Virus record (IMG/VR): IMGVR_UViG_3300028920_000023
DNA from: a virus
Taxonomy: Duplodnaviria > Caudoviricetes
Direction: 5' to 3' (one strand)
DNA length: 64,000 nucleotides
The notes below the pieces were generated by a model. It worked only from the letters and a program-made list of their open reading frames with translations, did not search any database and had not been told where the DNA came from. Below are positions 1-8,774 of the stretch, piece after piece. Every line of letters begins with the position of its first letter. Positions within the stretch are counted from its first letter, which is position 1. Both the position numbers and the translations under genes were made by a program.

Positions 1-171
1 AAATTCCCCGGACTGCCTTCATCGCCATGGTTCTATAGCGACCTGCAAGAATTCCTCCCCAAAATCCTTAAGAAAGAAGGGATTGTTCGCTGGGAGGGAT
101 ATTATTTCAAGTACAAAAACGGGAACCACCGATTCTCAGGAAAAGCGAAGGAAATCATACTTCCTGCCTAA
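1..171 (+). CDS. 5'-truncated hypothetical protein (window edge)
   Basis: Frame 1 is open from base 1 to TAA at 169-171 (KFPGLPSSPWFY...KEIILPA), co-oriented with the downstream + genes. Confidence 0.45.
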   Translation, partial: KFPGLPSSPWFYSDLQEFLPKILKKEGIVRWEGYYFKYKNGNHRFSGKAKEIILPA

Positions 172-249
172 CCCGGAAAGGAGACAACATGGTCGGATCT
201 GACCTGTTCAGGAGGTGTGATGACCGGCTGCACCCAAAAAGGAGATAAG

Positions 250-546
250 ATGACAGACAAACGGCTAACCACAGCCCTGGTAAAACACATGCTCACCCAG
301 GAATTTAGCGACAATGGGACCTGGGGCGGCAACAGAACAGAAGCGATCTACCTAATCGCCTCCTTGCCAAAGGAGCAAAAGGACCGCTTCTACATCTCGT
401 TTCTCATCAAATTCGGGCAGAAACTCCGAGAGGTTCTAGACGACAGAGAAATGAGTCTCGCTAGCCCCGAAGACATCGAGAAAGCCAAAGAGGCATTCTC
501 TCAGCATAACCCAAAATTCACCGGTAGGTTTCTACTGCCGTCATAA
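250..546 (+). CDS. hypothetical protein
   Basis: ORF track 217..546; GGAG Shine-Dalgarno (SD) precedes the ATG at 250. Confidence 0.6.
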   Translation: MTDKRLTTALVKHMLTQEFSDNGTWGGNRTEAIYLIASLPKEQKDRFYISFLIKFGQKLREVLDDREMSLASPEDIEKAKEAFSQHNPKFTGRFLLPS

Positions 547-593
547 CACTTTGCATCACTCTGATTCCTAGATAGGACACGTCAGGAGGAACA

Positions 594-854
594 ATGAAAA
601 AGATCATCAAAATCAGCCCGGACGGGAAGAATATCTCCTACGTCCACGACGACAGACTAACCGGAATGATGAAACACGGCGAAGCCAAGATAACCAGAGC
701 CTCGCACGTCGAGCCAACCCCAGACAACAAATGGACAGCAGACCTCAGCCCAGTAAAAGGACCAATCCTAGGTCCATACAACACGAGAACTGGAGCACTG
801 GAAGCCGAGATAAACTGGCTCAACAACAACGGACTAGGCGAATCCGAGAACTGA
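594..854 (+). CDS. small conserved protein of the type found beside Ycf46-like AAA/DUF1257 loci
   Basis: AGGAGG SD. The motif RASHVEP..D.KWTADLSPV.GP.LGP...R..AL.AE..WL is recalled from such neighbourhoods, not searched. Confidence 0.6.
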   Translation: MKKIIKISPDGKNISYVHDDRLTGMMKHGEAKITRASHVEPTPDNKWTADLSPVKGPILGPYNTRTGALEAEINWLNNNGLGESEN

Positions 855-1029
855 AGAGAAACGAATCAGCAGAGCACGTCTCTGCTGAACAAACCACGAA
901 AGGAGAAAAGACATGAGCGCTGACAGGCGAAAACGACAAAGGGAAAAGGACCAATAACCCTTTTTCTTTGTCGTTGCTAAAACCTACTGGCCCCAAAAGT
1001 ATCCAGACATAAATTAACAGGAACAAAAA

Positions 1030-1734
1030 ATGCTCGTAAGAATCACCAACCAATGCAACATGCAATGCGGACACTGCATGGTAGAAGCAACACCACAAGG
1101 CAAACACATGACAGAAGAAACATTCATACAAACCCTCCTCTTCATCCAGAAAGGACCAACCCCAATAGTCCTGATCAGCGGCGGAGAACCAACACAACAC
1201 CCGCAGATAACAGAATTTCTAGAACAGACCAAAAAAGCACAACTAACACCACTACTATTAAGCAACGGTCAATTCCTACACCAAAACCCAGAACTAAGAG
1301 AAAAAATACTGTCCCTAGTACACAGCGTACAGGTAACAAACGACCCGAGATACTACCCAGAACACGTGCCAGACTACGACCACCCAAAAGTCACAATCGT
1401 AAGAAAACTGCTCCAGCTATCACCACACGGCAGACAAAAAGGAAAACCAACAAACCGAACAGCACCAGAATGCTACAACCTTAGGACGTTAATAAAACAC
1501 GGATACAGCTTCGACCAAGCCAAAATCACCCTGATGTCCAAAATGAAATTCTGCACCCCAAGCATAAACATCAACGGAACAATCGTAGCCGGAGAAGCAC
1601 CCTCCTGCGCCGCCATAGGGCACATAACAGACGACCCCACCACCATAACGAAAAATGTGCGGGAATTGGATTGTGATAATTGCGGGCTTTCTAAGAATCT
1701 TCCTGAAGAATTGCGCAAGGCTGGTGGTTATTGA
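1030..1734 (+). CDS. radical SAM protein
   Basis: CxxxCxxC (CNMQCGHC) near the N-terminus, GGEP motif, C-terminal Cys cluster (SPASM/twitch-like). Confidence 0.9.
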   Translation: MLVRITNQCNMQCGHCMVEATPQGKHMTEETFIQTLLFIQKGPTPIVLISGGEPTQHPQITEFLEQTKKAQLTPLLLSNGQFLHQNPELREKILSLVHSVQVTNDPRYYPEHVPDYDHPKVTIVRKLLQLSPHGRQKGKPTNRTAPECYNLRTLIKHGYSFDQAKITLMSKMKFCTPSININGTIVAGEAPSCAAIGHITDDPTTITKNVRELDCDNCGLSKNLPEELRKAGGY

Positions 1735-2432
1735 CAATATTTACTGTGGAAAGAAGGTTCGGGCGGAAAGAAGGTTTCGACTGGAACAAACAACCCAGGT
1801 TCAGACTCACTTGGAACAAGCAACCCAGGTCTAAACTTCGCAATAAAATCAAAAACCTTCGCCCTACAATTCTTACCAAACTCAGGATCACATATCGGCA
1901 AGAATATATCTAAAGTACTGGGCCTAACAGGTGTCTTGTGCGAGGGAACCCTAACCATACCATCTTTGTATAACAAACAAAAGTTAAAATCACCTACACG
2001 TAACCAAACCTGTAAATCAAGATTACAATTCAGATCGGACACAACCTCCATACCAGTAGATTCATTAATCAACTTCTCAACCATATTAAAGACATCAACA
2101 CGATCACTAAGAACCTCAGGCAAATATTCACGAACACAATCCCTAAAAGAATAAATAAACCCAGGATCTAGAGAATCCAGCTCAACACCACCAACAGTAA
2201 CAACATCACCATCTGCATAAAAAACCAAATTAGAATCCAGTCTAGCTTCGTAAACAGCGTCTATCGTACATCCTATAACGAACGACGAATGCCCATCACA
2301 ACTGATAACACTACCCCCAGGCAGTTTTCGACAGACAATATCAGACTTAATACCAAAGAAAGGGCGAACATCCGTCCTGTAGGCCTGCCACAGAGCGCGT
2401 GAAATTTTGTTCTCTACGCCCATAGTGAACAT
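1728..2432 (-). CDS. hypothetical protein
   Basis: 234-aa ORF filling the space between neighbours. Confidence 0.65.
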   Translation of the reverse strand: MFTMGVENKISRALWQAYRTDVRPFFGIKSDIVCRKLPGGSVISCDGHSSFVIGCTIDAVYEARLDSNLVFYADGDVVTVGGVELDSLDPGFIYSFRDCVREYLPEVLSDRVDVFNMVEKLINESTGMEVVSDLNCNLDLQVWLRVGDFNFCLLYKDGMVRVPSHKTPVRPSTLDIFLPICDPEFGKNCRAKVFDFIAKFRPGLLVPSESEPGLFVPVETFFPPEPSFHSKYCQ

Positions 2433-2436
2433 ATGT

Positions 2437-2631
2437 TTACAGTAGCGCTCTTACGAAACAGTCTTTTGCCTCTAGGAGTTTTCTTAGACCTGCGTTTTTT
2501 TCTGCGCAGTCTGGTAGTTCTTCGTCCATTTTTGTGGCTAATTCGCAGATTGGTTTGCTTGTTTTCTGTAGTTTTTCTGGCAGGTGTTCGTACTCGAAGT
2601 ATTTCATGATTGGATTGATCGTTTTGTTCAT
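2437..2631 (-). CDS. small phage helical-hairpin protein, Acb2/Tad1-hairpin-like (candidate nucleotide-signal sponge)
   Basis: AGGAG SD. YFEYEHLP..LQ..SKP..ELA..MD..LP..AEK.AGLRKLLEAKDCFVRA is a widespread phage family whose C-terminal helix pattern resembles the Acb2/Tad1 hairpin by eye. Confidence 0.55.
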   Translation of the reverse strand: MNKTINPIMKYFEYEHLPEKLQKTSKPICELATKMDEELPDCAEKNAGLRKLLEAKDCFVRALL

Positions 2632-2710
2632 TTTTTCTCCTTTGGGTTATTTACTATCACCCACAAACCAGAACACAACCGCGCCACCACCAGCACGCGC
2701 CGCCACCACC

Positions 2711-2799
2711 CCCGTCGCTTGCAGACGAGCAAACGGACGGCACTCCTGCACCGGCACGGTATGCCGGTACCGCCACCGCCGCGCTCGGTCGTCATCAAG
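2711..2799. repeat. 89-bp GC-rich dispersed element, copy 1
   Basis: 79/89 identical to 2874..2962 with no indels (hand alignment). Confidence 0.95.
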
Positions 2800-2873
2800 G
2801 GGCCAGAGAAAGACATCTTGGTACCGAAATGAAGGCCGACCGCCACCGGCGCGTCTGCCGCACCACCGCCGCC

Positions 2874-2962
2874 CCCGTCGCTTGCAGACGAGCAAGCGGA
2901 CGCGCCTCCCGGACGGGCACGGTATGCCGGTACCGGCACCGGCGCACTCGGTCGTCATCAAG
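2874..2962. repeat. 89-bp GC-rich dispersed element, copy 2
   Basis: Contains GCTTGC-agacga-GCAAGC and GGCA-cggta-TGCC hairpins and a CCCGTC/GACGGG outer stem. Confidence 0.95.
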
Positions 2963-3851
2963 ACGGCGTAGTAAAATTATTCGAGCCAAGCCAATTCGGA
3001 TCAAGATACGGAGTAACATAACCGATCAGGCCAATGCCATACTTCGCAGCAACCGATCTCCTATATTCAAGATCGGAGAATTGGAACATCTTCTTCGGTT
3101 CCTGAACCAATCGGCCATCATGCACCACAACATTCCCGGATTTCGGAGAGCCAAGCTCCTTCAACATATCAAGATTACCGGGGCTAACATCGTCCCTACC
3201 ATCAGTCGAATCGCGACGATCCAAAGGCATAGCAGCTCCACACTTCGTGCAAAAACATTCCATCTGCTCTACATAATCCTTGGGAGTGCGTTTCCACCAG
3301 CCGGGTTCTATCGGCCACCCCCTAACACCCATTAGAGCGCCAAAAGCGGCCGCTACTTCACAAAAATAAGCACCATTCGGTGTGATAGACGCACTCCAAG
3401 TATTCTGAACCCAACAATGATCTATCCAATACCACATTAGGTCCTTATCTTTGGCAACCTCGTCGGAGGCTACCAAAAGAGGAGCATGCATGATACCAGG
3501 TTTACTATGGTCATTCAGATAGATCGCGTTAAAGGTCTGGACGATAATCTCTCTGTAATGTTCTTTTCCTTTGGGGAGGGTGGTCCAGAGACCCATCCTA
3601 GATCGGTCCACCTTAGATCGTATATGCTCGCATATTTCTCCGAATTTGGGATGAAGGAGTGGTTCTCCTCCGGTTATCCCTATTCTGTTTGGTGCTTCTA
3701 TGACGCTATCTAGCGCATCTGCGAATTGATCTAGGTCCATCACGAATGGATGTTTGTGATGCCCGACTAGCCTCGTGCAGTTTGAACACCTATACAAGCA
3801 ATTGTTCGTTATTTCGATCTGGATGATATCCAGATCCGCTATACATTTCAT
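2958..3851 (-). CDS. radical SAM protein
   Basis: CxxxCxxC (CLYRCSNC), GGEP, additional C-terminal Cys residues. Confidence 0.9.
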   Translation of the reverse strand: MKCIADLDIIQIEITNNCLYRCSNCTRLVGHHKHPFVMDLDQFADALDSVIEAPNRIGITGGEPLLHPKFGEICEHIRSKVDRSRMGLWTTLPKGKEHYREIIVQTFNAIYLNDHSKPGIMHAPLLVASDEVAKDKDLMWYWIDHCWVQNTWSASITPNGAYFCEVAAAFGALMGVRGWPIEPGWWKRTPKDYVEQMECFCTKCGAAMPLDRRDSTDGRDDVSPGNLDMLKELGSPKSGNVVVHDGRLVQEPKKMFQFSDLEYRRSVAAKYGIGLIGYVTPYLDPNWLGSNNFTTPS

Positions 3852-3866
3852 GTTTCGCCTAGCGAA

Positions 3867-4157
3867 CTAGAGTGAGCCGACCGGCGGAAGCCCTATTTTC
3901 TGGGCAGCTATTTCGACTTCCTTAGCTGCCTCTTCCGTAGCTCCCTTCAGATCCAAAAGAGCGTGTCGGATTCTCTGTATATCGCCTGTTTTGGCATTCT
4001 GCAATAATTGCCTACCATTGAGTATACACCATTTGGCTAGTTTGCCTACGTCATCTAGATTGCCATCTGGTTTTCCATCCATGTCTCTTTCGGAGAGTAC
4101 GTTAGAGACCGATTCTTTAATATCGTTGTCCAGTGTGTTCAGGTCTATGTATTCCAT
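3867..4157 (-). CDS. hypothetical protein
   Basis: GGGAG SD; CAAAAATA motif upstream. Confidence 0.75.
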   Translation of the reverse strand: MEYIDLNTLDNDIKESVSNVLSERDMDGKPDGNLDDVGKLAKWCILNGRQLLQNAKTGDIQRIRHALLDLKGATEEAAKEVEIAAQKIGLPPVGSL

Positions 4158-4175
4158 ATTTGTCTCCCTTTCCTA

Positions 4176-4183
4176 TATTTTTG
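4176..4183 (-). promoter_or_regulatory. putative phage late promoter CAAAAATA
   Basis: Same 8-mer recurs just upstream of many start codons (see findings). Confidence 0.6.
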
Positions 4184-4250
4184 ATGAGTATCCGGATGAT
4201 ACAATCTACCCAAGGAGTACTTGTTCCTTAAGGAACTCATGCTCGATGTG

Positions 4251-4258
4251 CAAAAATA
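4251..4258 (+). promoter_or_regulatory. putative phage late promoter CAAAAATA
   Basis: 16 nt upstream of the ATG at 4275; divergent from the copy at 4176. Confidence 0.6.
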
Positions 4259-4274
4259 GGGTGGAGGACACCAT

Positions 4275-4709
4275 ATGGATATCTGTGAACTCGATACTTA
4301 CTCCTTCTGGAAACTAGGAACACCATCAGATCACAACGAACTACCGGATGCACTACCGCTAGGCACAACACCGGAAGTATTAAAGAGAATTGGATCACTT
4401 CCCGAGATATACCACTGGACAGCAGGACCCGGCAAACACAAGAAACTGGTCAGTCTCCCAATCGTAAGACTACTATGGGGAAAAGAAGGCGACTTCAAAA
4501 TAACGCTCAGAATCAAACCAGAAATATCGCCACTATTAGACAAAGACGAACGACTCGTATACAGCATAGACGTATCCAGCACAGCAGACGAAAAAGACTT
4601 CTTCCGGTTATACGTCCAACTAAGAGAACATTTCGGGGTCACACTCTTTAGCGAAATACGGCGTCAGTTCATCGAGATACAAGAATTCCGACAATGGTGT
4701 AGATCATGA
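4275..4709 (+). CDS. hypothetical protein
   Basis: GGAGG SD; 144 aa. Confidence 0.75.
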   Translation: MDICELDTYSFWKLGTPSDHNELPDALPLGTTPEVLKRIGSLPEIYHWTAGPGKHKKLVSLPIVRLLWGKEGDFKITLRIKPEISPLLDKDERLVYSIDVSSTADEKDFFRLYVQLREHFGVTLFSEIRRQFIEIQEFRQWCRS

Positions 4710-5005
4710 GAAAAAAGAGAAAATGCATAATCGAAGGCTGCGAAGCACAACAACTAGCAAGAGGCTGGTGCAGAAGGCATTACAACGAATGGTACAGATC
4801 AGGTGATATCGACACAGAAAGAGAAAAACACAAACATTACTCAAAACGCGTCAACGAGCTGGACAGACGAAAATCACTAGAACAAGAACTCCAAGAGACA
4901 AGAGCAATCTATGACGCCGTAATAGGGACAAAAAATCGTCTGAATTGGCGCAGAAAATTATTAGAACTAGAACTAGAAGCTTCAGAAGCCGGTCTTTGCA
5001 CATGA
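4706..5005 (+). CDS. small Cys/His zinc-finger-like protein with coiled coil
   Basis: C..EGC....ARG.C..HY motif typical of N-termini of phage HNH proteins, but no HNH domain follows; ATGA overlap with the upstream gene. Confidence 0.65.
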   Translation: MRKKRKCIIEGCEAQQLARGWCRRHYNEWYRSGDIDTEREKHKHYSKRVNELDRRKSLEQELQETRAIYDAVIGTKNRLNWRRKLLELELEASEAGLCT

Positions 5006-5026
5006 CCTTTCCTTCTTGGAAAGGTC

Positions 5027-5079
5027 CCCAGGTGGCCACCATATGGAGCCTTAGCCAGGGACGGCCCCGGCCACCTGGG
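5027..5079. terminator. inverted repeat between convergent genes
   Basis: CCCAGGTGGCC (5027-5037) / GGCCACCTGGG (5069-5079). Confidence 0.5.
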
Positions 5080-5092
5080 CACCCAAGTCACC

Positions 5093-7051
5093 TCACTTCA
5101 ACTCTGCTTTAATAAGCTTATGCTGAATCCTAGTGACATGCTCCTTACACAAAGAACGACGAGCACTAAGAGACAAAGACTCAACATCCCTGCCCGTAAT
5201 CGGCTCATAATTCGTACTTAGATAATCAATATCGAAATCAACCTCCCCGATCTCCACCCTCTCATTCGGGCCATACGGGAAGACATCCATCACAAACTGT
5301 GCAATACTCTTCTCTTCCGGAGACAAGCCAGCATCGTCCATCATCTGCTCAAGATGCCTACGCACAATCTGCTTATTCTGGAAAATCACCTTAAACAACG
5401 AAGCGCGAACCCGATCCTCCACACGCTCATGATACTGCGTGATCCTCTGACGACTGACCGACCGCCTAGCCGAATAGCCCGTACAGCCAGTCCGAGCACA
5501 ACAACCACCCTTATGTTCAGAACGATAGGCCCCACAAGGACCAGACGGAGTATCGGAAACGCACTTCTGAATCACCTTGCCAAAATTCTCCGCAAGCCAC
5601 GACCCGGAAGTAGGAACTGGCCTAAAGTACCACTTGCCATTTTCCTCATAGACGGAACCTTGCGTAACTTCAGCAAGCCTGAGACATTCGCCTTCTGGTT
5701 GTTCCAGCGGGAAGCCGTAATAGAAGCAAAGAACGACCTCCTGCTCATAGGTGAGGTCCAGATCATTACGGACCATCTCGATCAATCGGCGTTTGTGATC
5801 TTCTTCTTCGTTCTTGTCGGATATTTCCCTCGGATCCGGCGTCTTCTTATCCATGACATCGAATTCGCGTTCTTCCGAGTCAGAGGTCTTCTCTATAGTC
5901 AGAGGATTGCCGTGGAAGTCCGGGTTAGGAGCTACAACCGAGATAACATCACCAATTGTGCGGTGCCTATCTTGGTTGTAGAACCCGAGGATGCTGGATT
6001 TGTCGTCATCGACTAAGTAATTATACCGCCACTCCAGGAAGCTGAAGAGTTCCCAGACTGTTTCGATCCCCAATTCCTCTAGCGGGAAATCCAACCGGAT
6101 GAGGTTACAATAAGCTAGCTTGTTGCCTAGTTTCTGGATATTGACCATTCGCAGATCTGAGGCTTTGGCGAGCCTGGTCTTTGCCATGGGCACTTTTGCT
6201 TTTCGTGCTTTAGTTACGAAGCCTGATGCTATTTGTTTGGCTTCTTTTATGGCTTCGCTTTGGATCTTGTCTGCTTCTTTCTTTATTTTATCGTAGGATC
6301 TCTTGTCGTGTTTCTTGAGATGTGCGGTTAGAGCTGTTAGGAATTTCTTTTGGTTTTCCCATTCACGCAGAGATCCGGATATTCTGCTGCTGATTTTGCA
6401 GTGTTCTTTTGGGTTGTGTTGCTGGTAGTGTCTGCGTACGAGGCTACCGAGTACTGTTGCGTAATTTGCGAGTTTCTGCTTTTGGACGATGTCGTCGGCG
6501 TGGCGTGTTACCCAGTCTTTGGTCAGCCACGAGGTGACTAGTTTTCTGACTTCGATTGTGCTCGGCAATCGTTCTCCGTCTTGCCTTCGGGAGATTAGTC
6601 CACTGCCTACGGAGCCTCTTCGCACTTTGGTTCTGATGTGTGTGTAGGCGTGTCCTGCGAATGGGCTTTTTCCGGCGTCTGTGCGGAGTGCTGCTATTAT
6701 GCCGATTGCGGCTTCTTGGAATGCGTCTTCGTCGACGAAGCGTTTGGTGCAGTATTTGCTGCAGTGGGTCCTTATAAAGGGTGTCATTGCTAGGATGACT
6801 TCTTCTGTTGTCCAGCCTACGAGCAGTGGTAGTTTGATATGGATTAGGGCTTCAAGTCCGTGTTGTGATAGTGAGCCTTTTTCACGGATTTTGTTTGTTT
6901 CTTCGATCCAACTGTCTATTTCGTCTTGCGTTGGTACTTGGAACTTTTGGAGTGTACTGTCTGGCGGCTCTAGTGCCGCCCAGTTCTGTAGTGCTCCTTC
7001 AGGCAGACACAGGCCTCTTAGCCTCTCGTAGAGGCTTTCTTGCTTTGTCAT
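5093..7051 (-). CDS. giant sigma-70-like factor with large insertions (652 aa)
   Basis: Region 2-like EDAFQEAAIGIIAALRTDAGKSPFAGHAYTHIRTKV; region 4.1-like DLTYEQEVVLCFYYG; region 4.2-like VSRQRITQ. Confidence 0.7.
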   Translation of the reverse strand: MTKQESLYERLRGLCLPEGALQNWAALEPPDSTLQKFQVPTQDEIDSWIEETNKIREKGSLSQHGLEALIHIKLPLLVGWTTEEVILAMTPFIRTHCSKYCTKRFVDEDAFQEAAIGIIAALRTDAGKSPFAGHAYTHIRTKVRRGSVGSGLISRRQDGERLPSTIEVRKLVTSWLTKDWVTRHADDIVQKQKLANYATVLGSLVRRHYQQHNPKEHCKISSRISGSLREWENQKKFLTALTAHLKKHDKRSYDKIKKEADKIQSEAIKEAKQIASGFVTKARKAKVPMAKTRLAKASDLRMVNIQKLGNKLAYCNLIRLDFPLEELGIETVWELFSFLEWRYNYLVDDDKSSILGFYNQDRHRTIGDVISVVAPNPDFHGNPLTIEKTSDSEEREFDVMDKKTPDPREISDKNEEEDHKRRLIEMVRNDLDLTYEQEVVLCFYYGFPLEQPEGECLRLAEVTQGSVYEENGKWYFRPVPTSGSWLAENFGKVIQKCVSDTPSGPCGAYRSEHKGGCCARTGCTGYSARRSVSRQRITQYHERVEDRVRASLFKVIFQNKQIVRRHLEQMMDDAGLSPEEKSIAQFVMDVFPYGPNERVEIGEVDFDIDYLSTNYEPITGRDVESLSLSARRSLCKEHVTRIQHKLIKAELK

Positions 7052-7090
7052 GGCGTTCCTCCCTGGCTAGGGTGCCGACGTAGCTGGCAC

Positions 7091-7119
7091 ATTGTAACAC
7101 AAAGCGATCTCCTTGTCAA
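7091..7119 (-). promoter_or_regulatory. host sigma-70-type promoter
   Basis: Minus strand TTGACA-17 nt-TACAAT, 40 nt upstream of the start at 7051. Confidence 0.85.
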
Positions 7120-7322
7120 GTACAGACCTGCAAGGAAGATATCTCCCGTGCAATGAACGGGGTGCACAGGTGCTACCCAGCTCATTTGCCTACTGGCGTC
7201 CAGCTCTTTTTGGCGGCCACATCATGTGGACAACGCATTAAGGGGCTGTATACGCAGTGTGTTTATCGGGTTAAAGACACCGGGAAATATGGCGGGTGGT
7301 GGCGGTGCCGCTACGGCGTATA

Positions 7323-7404
7323 CCCGTCGCTTGCAGACGAGCAAGCGGACGCGCCTCCCGGACGGGCGCGGTATGCTGGTACCGCCACCGGCGTGTTCAG
7401 TCGT
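7323..7404. repeat. 89-bp GC-rich dispersed element, copy 3 (3' end diverged)
   Basis: First 45 nt identical to copy 2; 75/82 identical overall. Confidence 0.95.
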
Positions 7405-7409
7405 GTTGC

Positions 7410-7889
7410 TTACGGACGAGCAAGACGGCTGCTTATGCGTGTTTTTCGTCTCTCGGTCACCTTGGGGTAGCCCTCGGGGTCGAAAGACCTTGCTGTTCTG
7501 AAGCCAATGACGTTCCTGTCGCCACCACGACAGAGTGCAAAGGTGTAGCCATCTTTGGTGAATAGCTGGTTTTTTCTTGCTTTATTTTGTTCGTAGACCA
7601 GCCAAATGGCTAGTCTGTCCAACAGAGTAGCTGCTGCTTTTGGTGGTGTTTGGCGTATTTCCAGTTCTTTTTCGCCAAATCTTAGCAGTCCTTTCGTGTA
7701 GGCCACTGGGGTTGTTTCGCTATTGTCATAACGGATTGTCCAGGGCGGGGGAGTTGGGGTCTTGCTTGGGATTGTGTGGTTGAGATCGATGATCATCGAT
7801 TGGCTCCGTAGGTATGCACATTGAGCAGTCAAATCCCTGTTTGTTTCATATCGCACATGAGCAGCGCTGAAACCCCCATCGAGCAGCAC
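7410..7889 (-). CDS. hypothetical protein
   Basis: 159-aa ORF in the minus-strand gene run; start uncertain. Confidence 0.55.
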   Translation of the reverse strand: MLLDGGFSAAHVRYETNRDLTAQCAYLRSQSMIIDLNHTIPSKTPTPPPWTIRYDNSETTPVAYTKGLLRFGEKELEIRQTPPKAAATLLDRLAIWLVYEQNKARKNQLFTKDGYTFALCRGGDRNVIGFRTARSFDPEGYPKVTERRKTRISSRLARP

Positions 7890-8013
7890 ATGTGCGATAA
7901 TACCTCCTATCCCAAATTATCTTTTAGTGCAGCACCTGAGACCAACACAACAGCACGTTGCAGCTGTTGCAGCTCTTACAGGACCTTTTATCACGCAAAA
8001 AACAACCAGATAA

Positions 8014-8349
8014 TTACGAATAATACCCCAAGGTCGTCAAAGCAGAAAAACCAACCAAAGACCGCTCATCCTTATCGACCTCAGTAAGGAACAAATCAAA
8101 AACAGCATCACTTTCAACCTCAGTCAACTCCATCAAACCCAGAACAACACAACCAGAATCCCTCCTAGAACCACGATAACAATACAAACGCAGAAAATCC
8201 AAATCCTTCATCTCGCGTCTAATCCTAGTAGACCAATCCTTATCACAATCATCCTCATCATAAATCACAGAAATAATCTTGTACCTAGACAAGACCTCAT
8301 CATAAATCTTACCATACTCCTGCTTAGTCAATCTAACAAGAGCCTCCAT
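8014..8349 (-). CDS. hypothetical protein
   Basis: ATG at 8349 overlaps the upstream TAA (TAATG coupling). Confidence 0.65.
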   Translation of the reverse strand: MEALVRLTKQEYGKIYDEVLSRYKIISVIYDEDDCDKDWSTRIRREMKDLDFLRLYCYRGSRRDSGCVVLGLMELTEVESDAVFDLFLTEVDKDERSLVGFSALTTLGYYS

Positions 8350-8759
8350 TATAACCTCCTCAACAACAAAGAGGAACAACCCGGAACACAACGCAACCTA
8401 CAAAAAGAAAGAACACTACGAACCGGGTAACCACAACAAACACCAATAACAAAATCCCTCAACTGCTTAGGAAGATACTGGTCCTTATAAGCCCAGCACA
8501 ATAAATCCGCAATATCCTCATTCTCGGGTAAAAAAGCAACACCCGTACCAATATCCCTCACCACCAAACCACAACCCTCCAAAGAAGACGGAGCAAAACG
8601 ATACAAAAGAGGCTTCTCACCAGCCAAAACAGCCGATAAACAAACCCCCAACGGCCAACGCCAACTCCGACTCCTAGGAGAAAAATTCAGAGCCCTATCA
8701 TACCAGACACACAAACCATCCGGATCAACAACATTACAATATCTCTTAACAATCATCAC
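8349..8759 (-). CDS. hypothetical protein
   Basis: 136-aa ORF within the operon. Confidence 0.6.
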   Translation of the reverse strand: MMIVKRYCNVVDPDGLCVWYDRALNFSPRSRSWRWPLGVCLSAVLAGEKPLLYRFAPSSLEGCGLVVRDIGTGVAFLPENEDIADLLCWAYKDQYLPKQLRDFVIGVCCGYPVRSVLSFCRLRCVPGCSSLLLRRL

Positions 8760-8774
8760 AATAAATTTGCCACA

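Noticed and set aside
2687-2694. Chi site (CCACCAGC)
   Set aside because: A single 8-mer is expected by chance and the host is unknown.
2783-2799. Minus-strand TTGATGA in the 89-bp element as a hammerhead ribozyme core
   Set aside because: It is not CUGAUGA and there is no GAAA counterpart with the required stems.
2534-3335. Several overlapping Arg/Pro-rich ORFs across the GC-rich repeats (e.g. 2534..2971, 2628..2939, 2829..3335; also 7153..7565)
   Set aside because: Low-complexity translations of non-coding repeats, or antisense to real genes, with no SD support.
2711-7404. 89-bp repeats as a diversity-generating retroelement TR/VR pair
   Set aside because: Mismatches are not adenine-specific, no copy lies at the 3' end of a plausible target gene, and there is no reverse transcriptase in the window.
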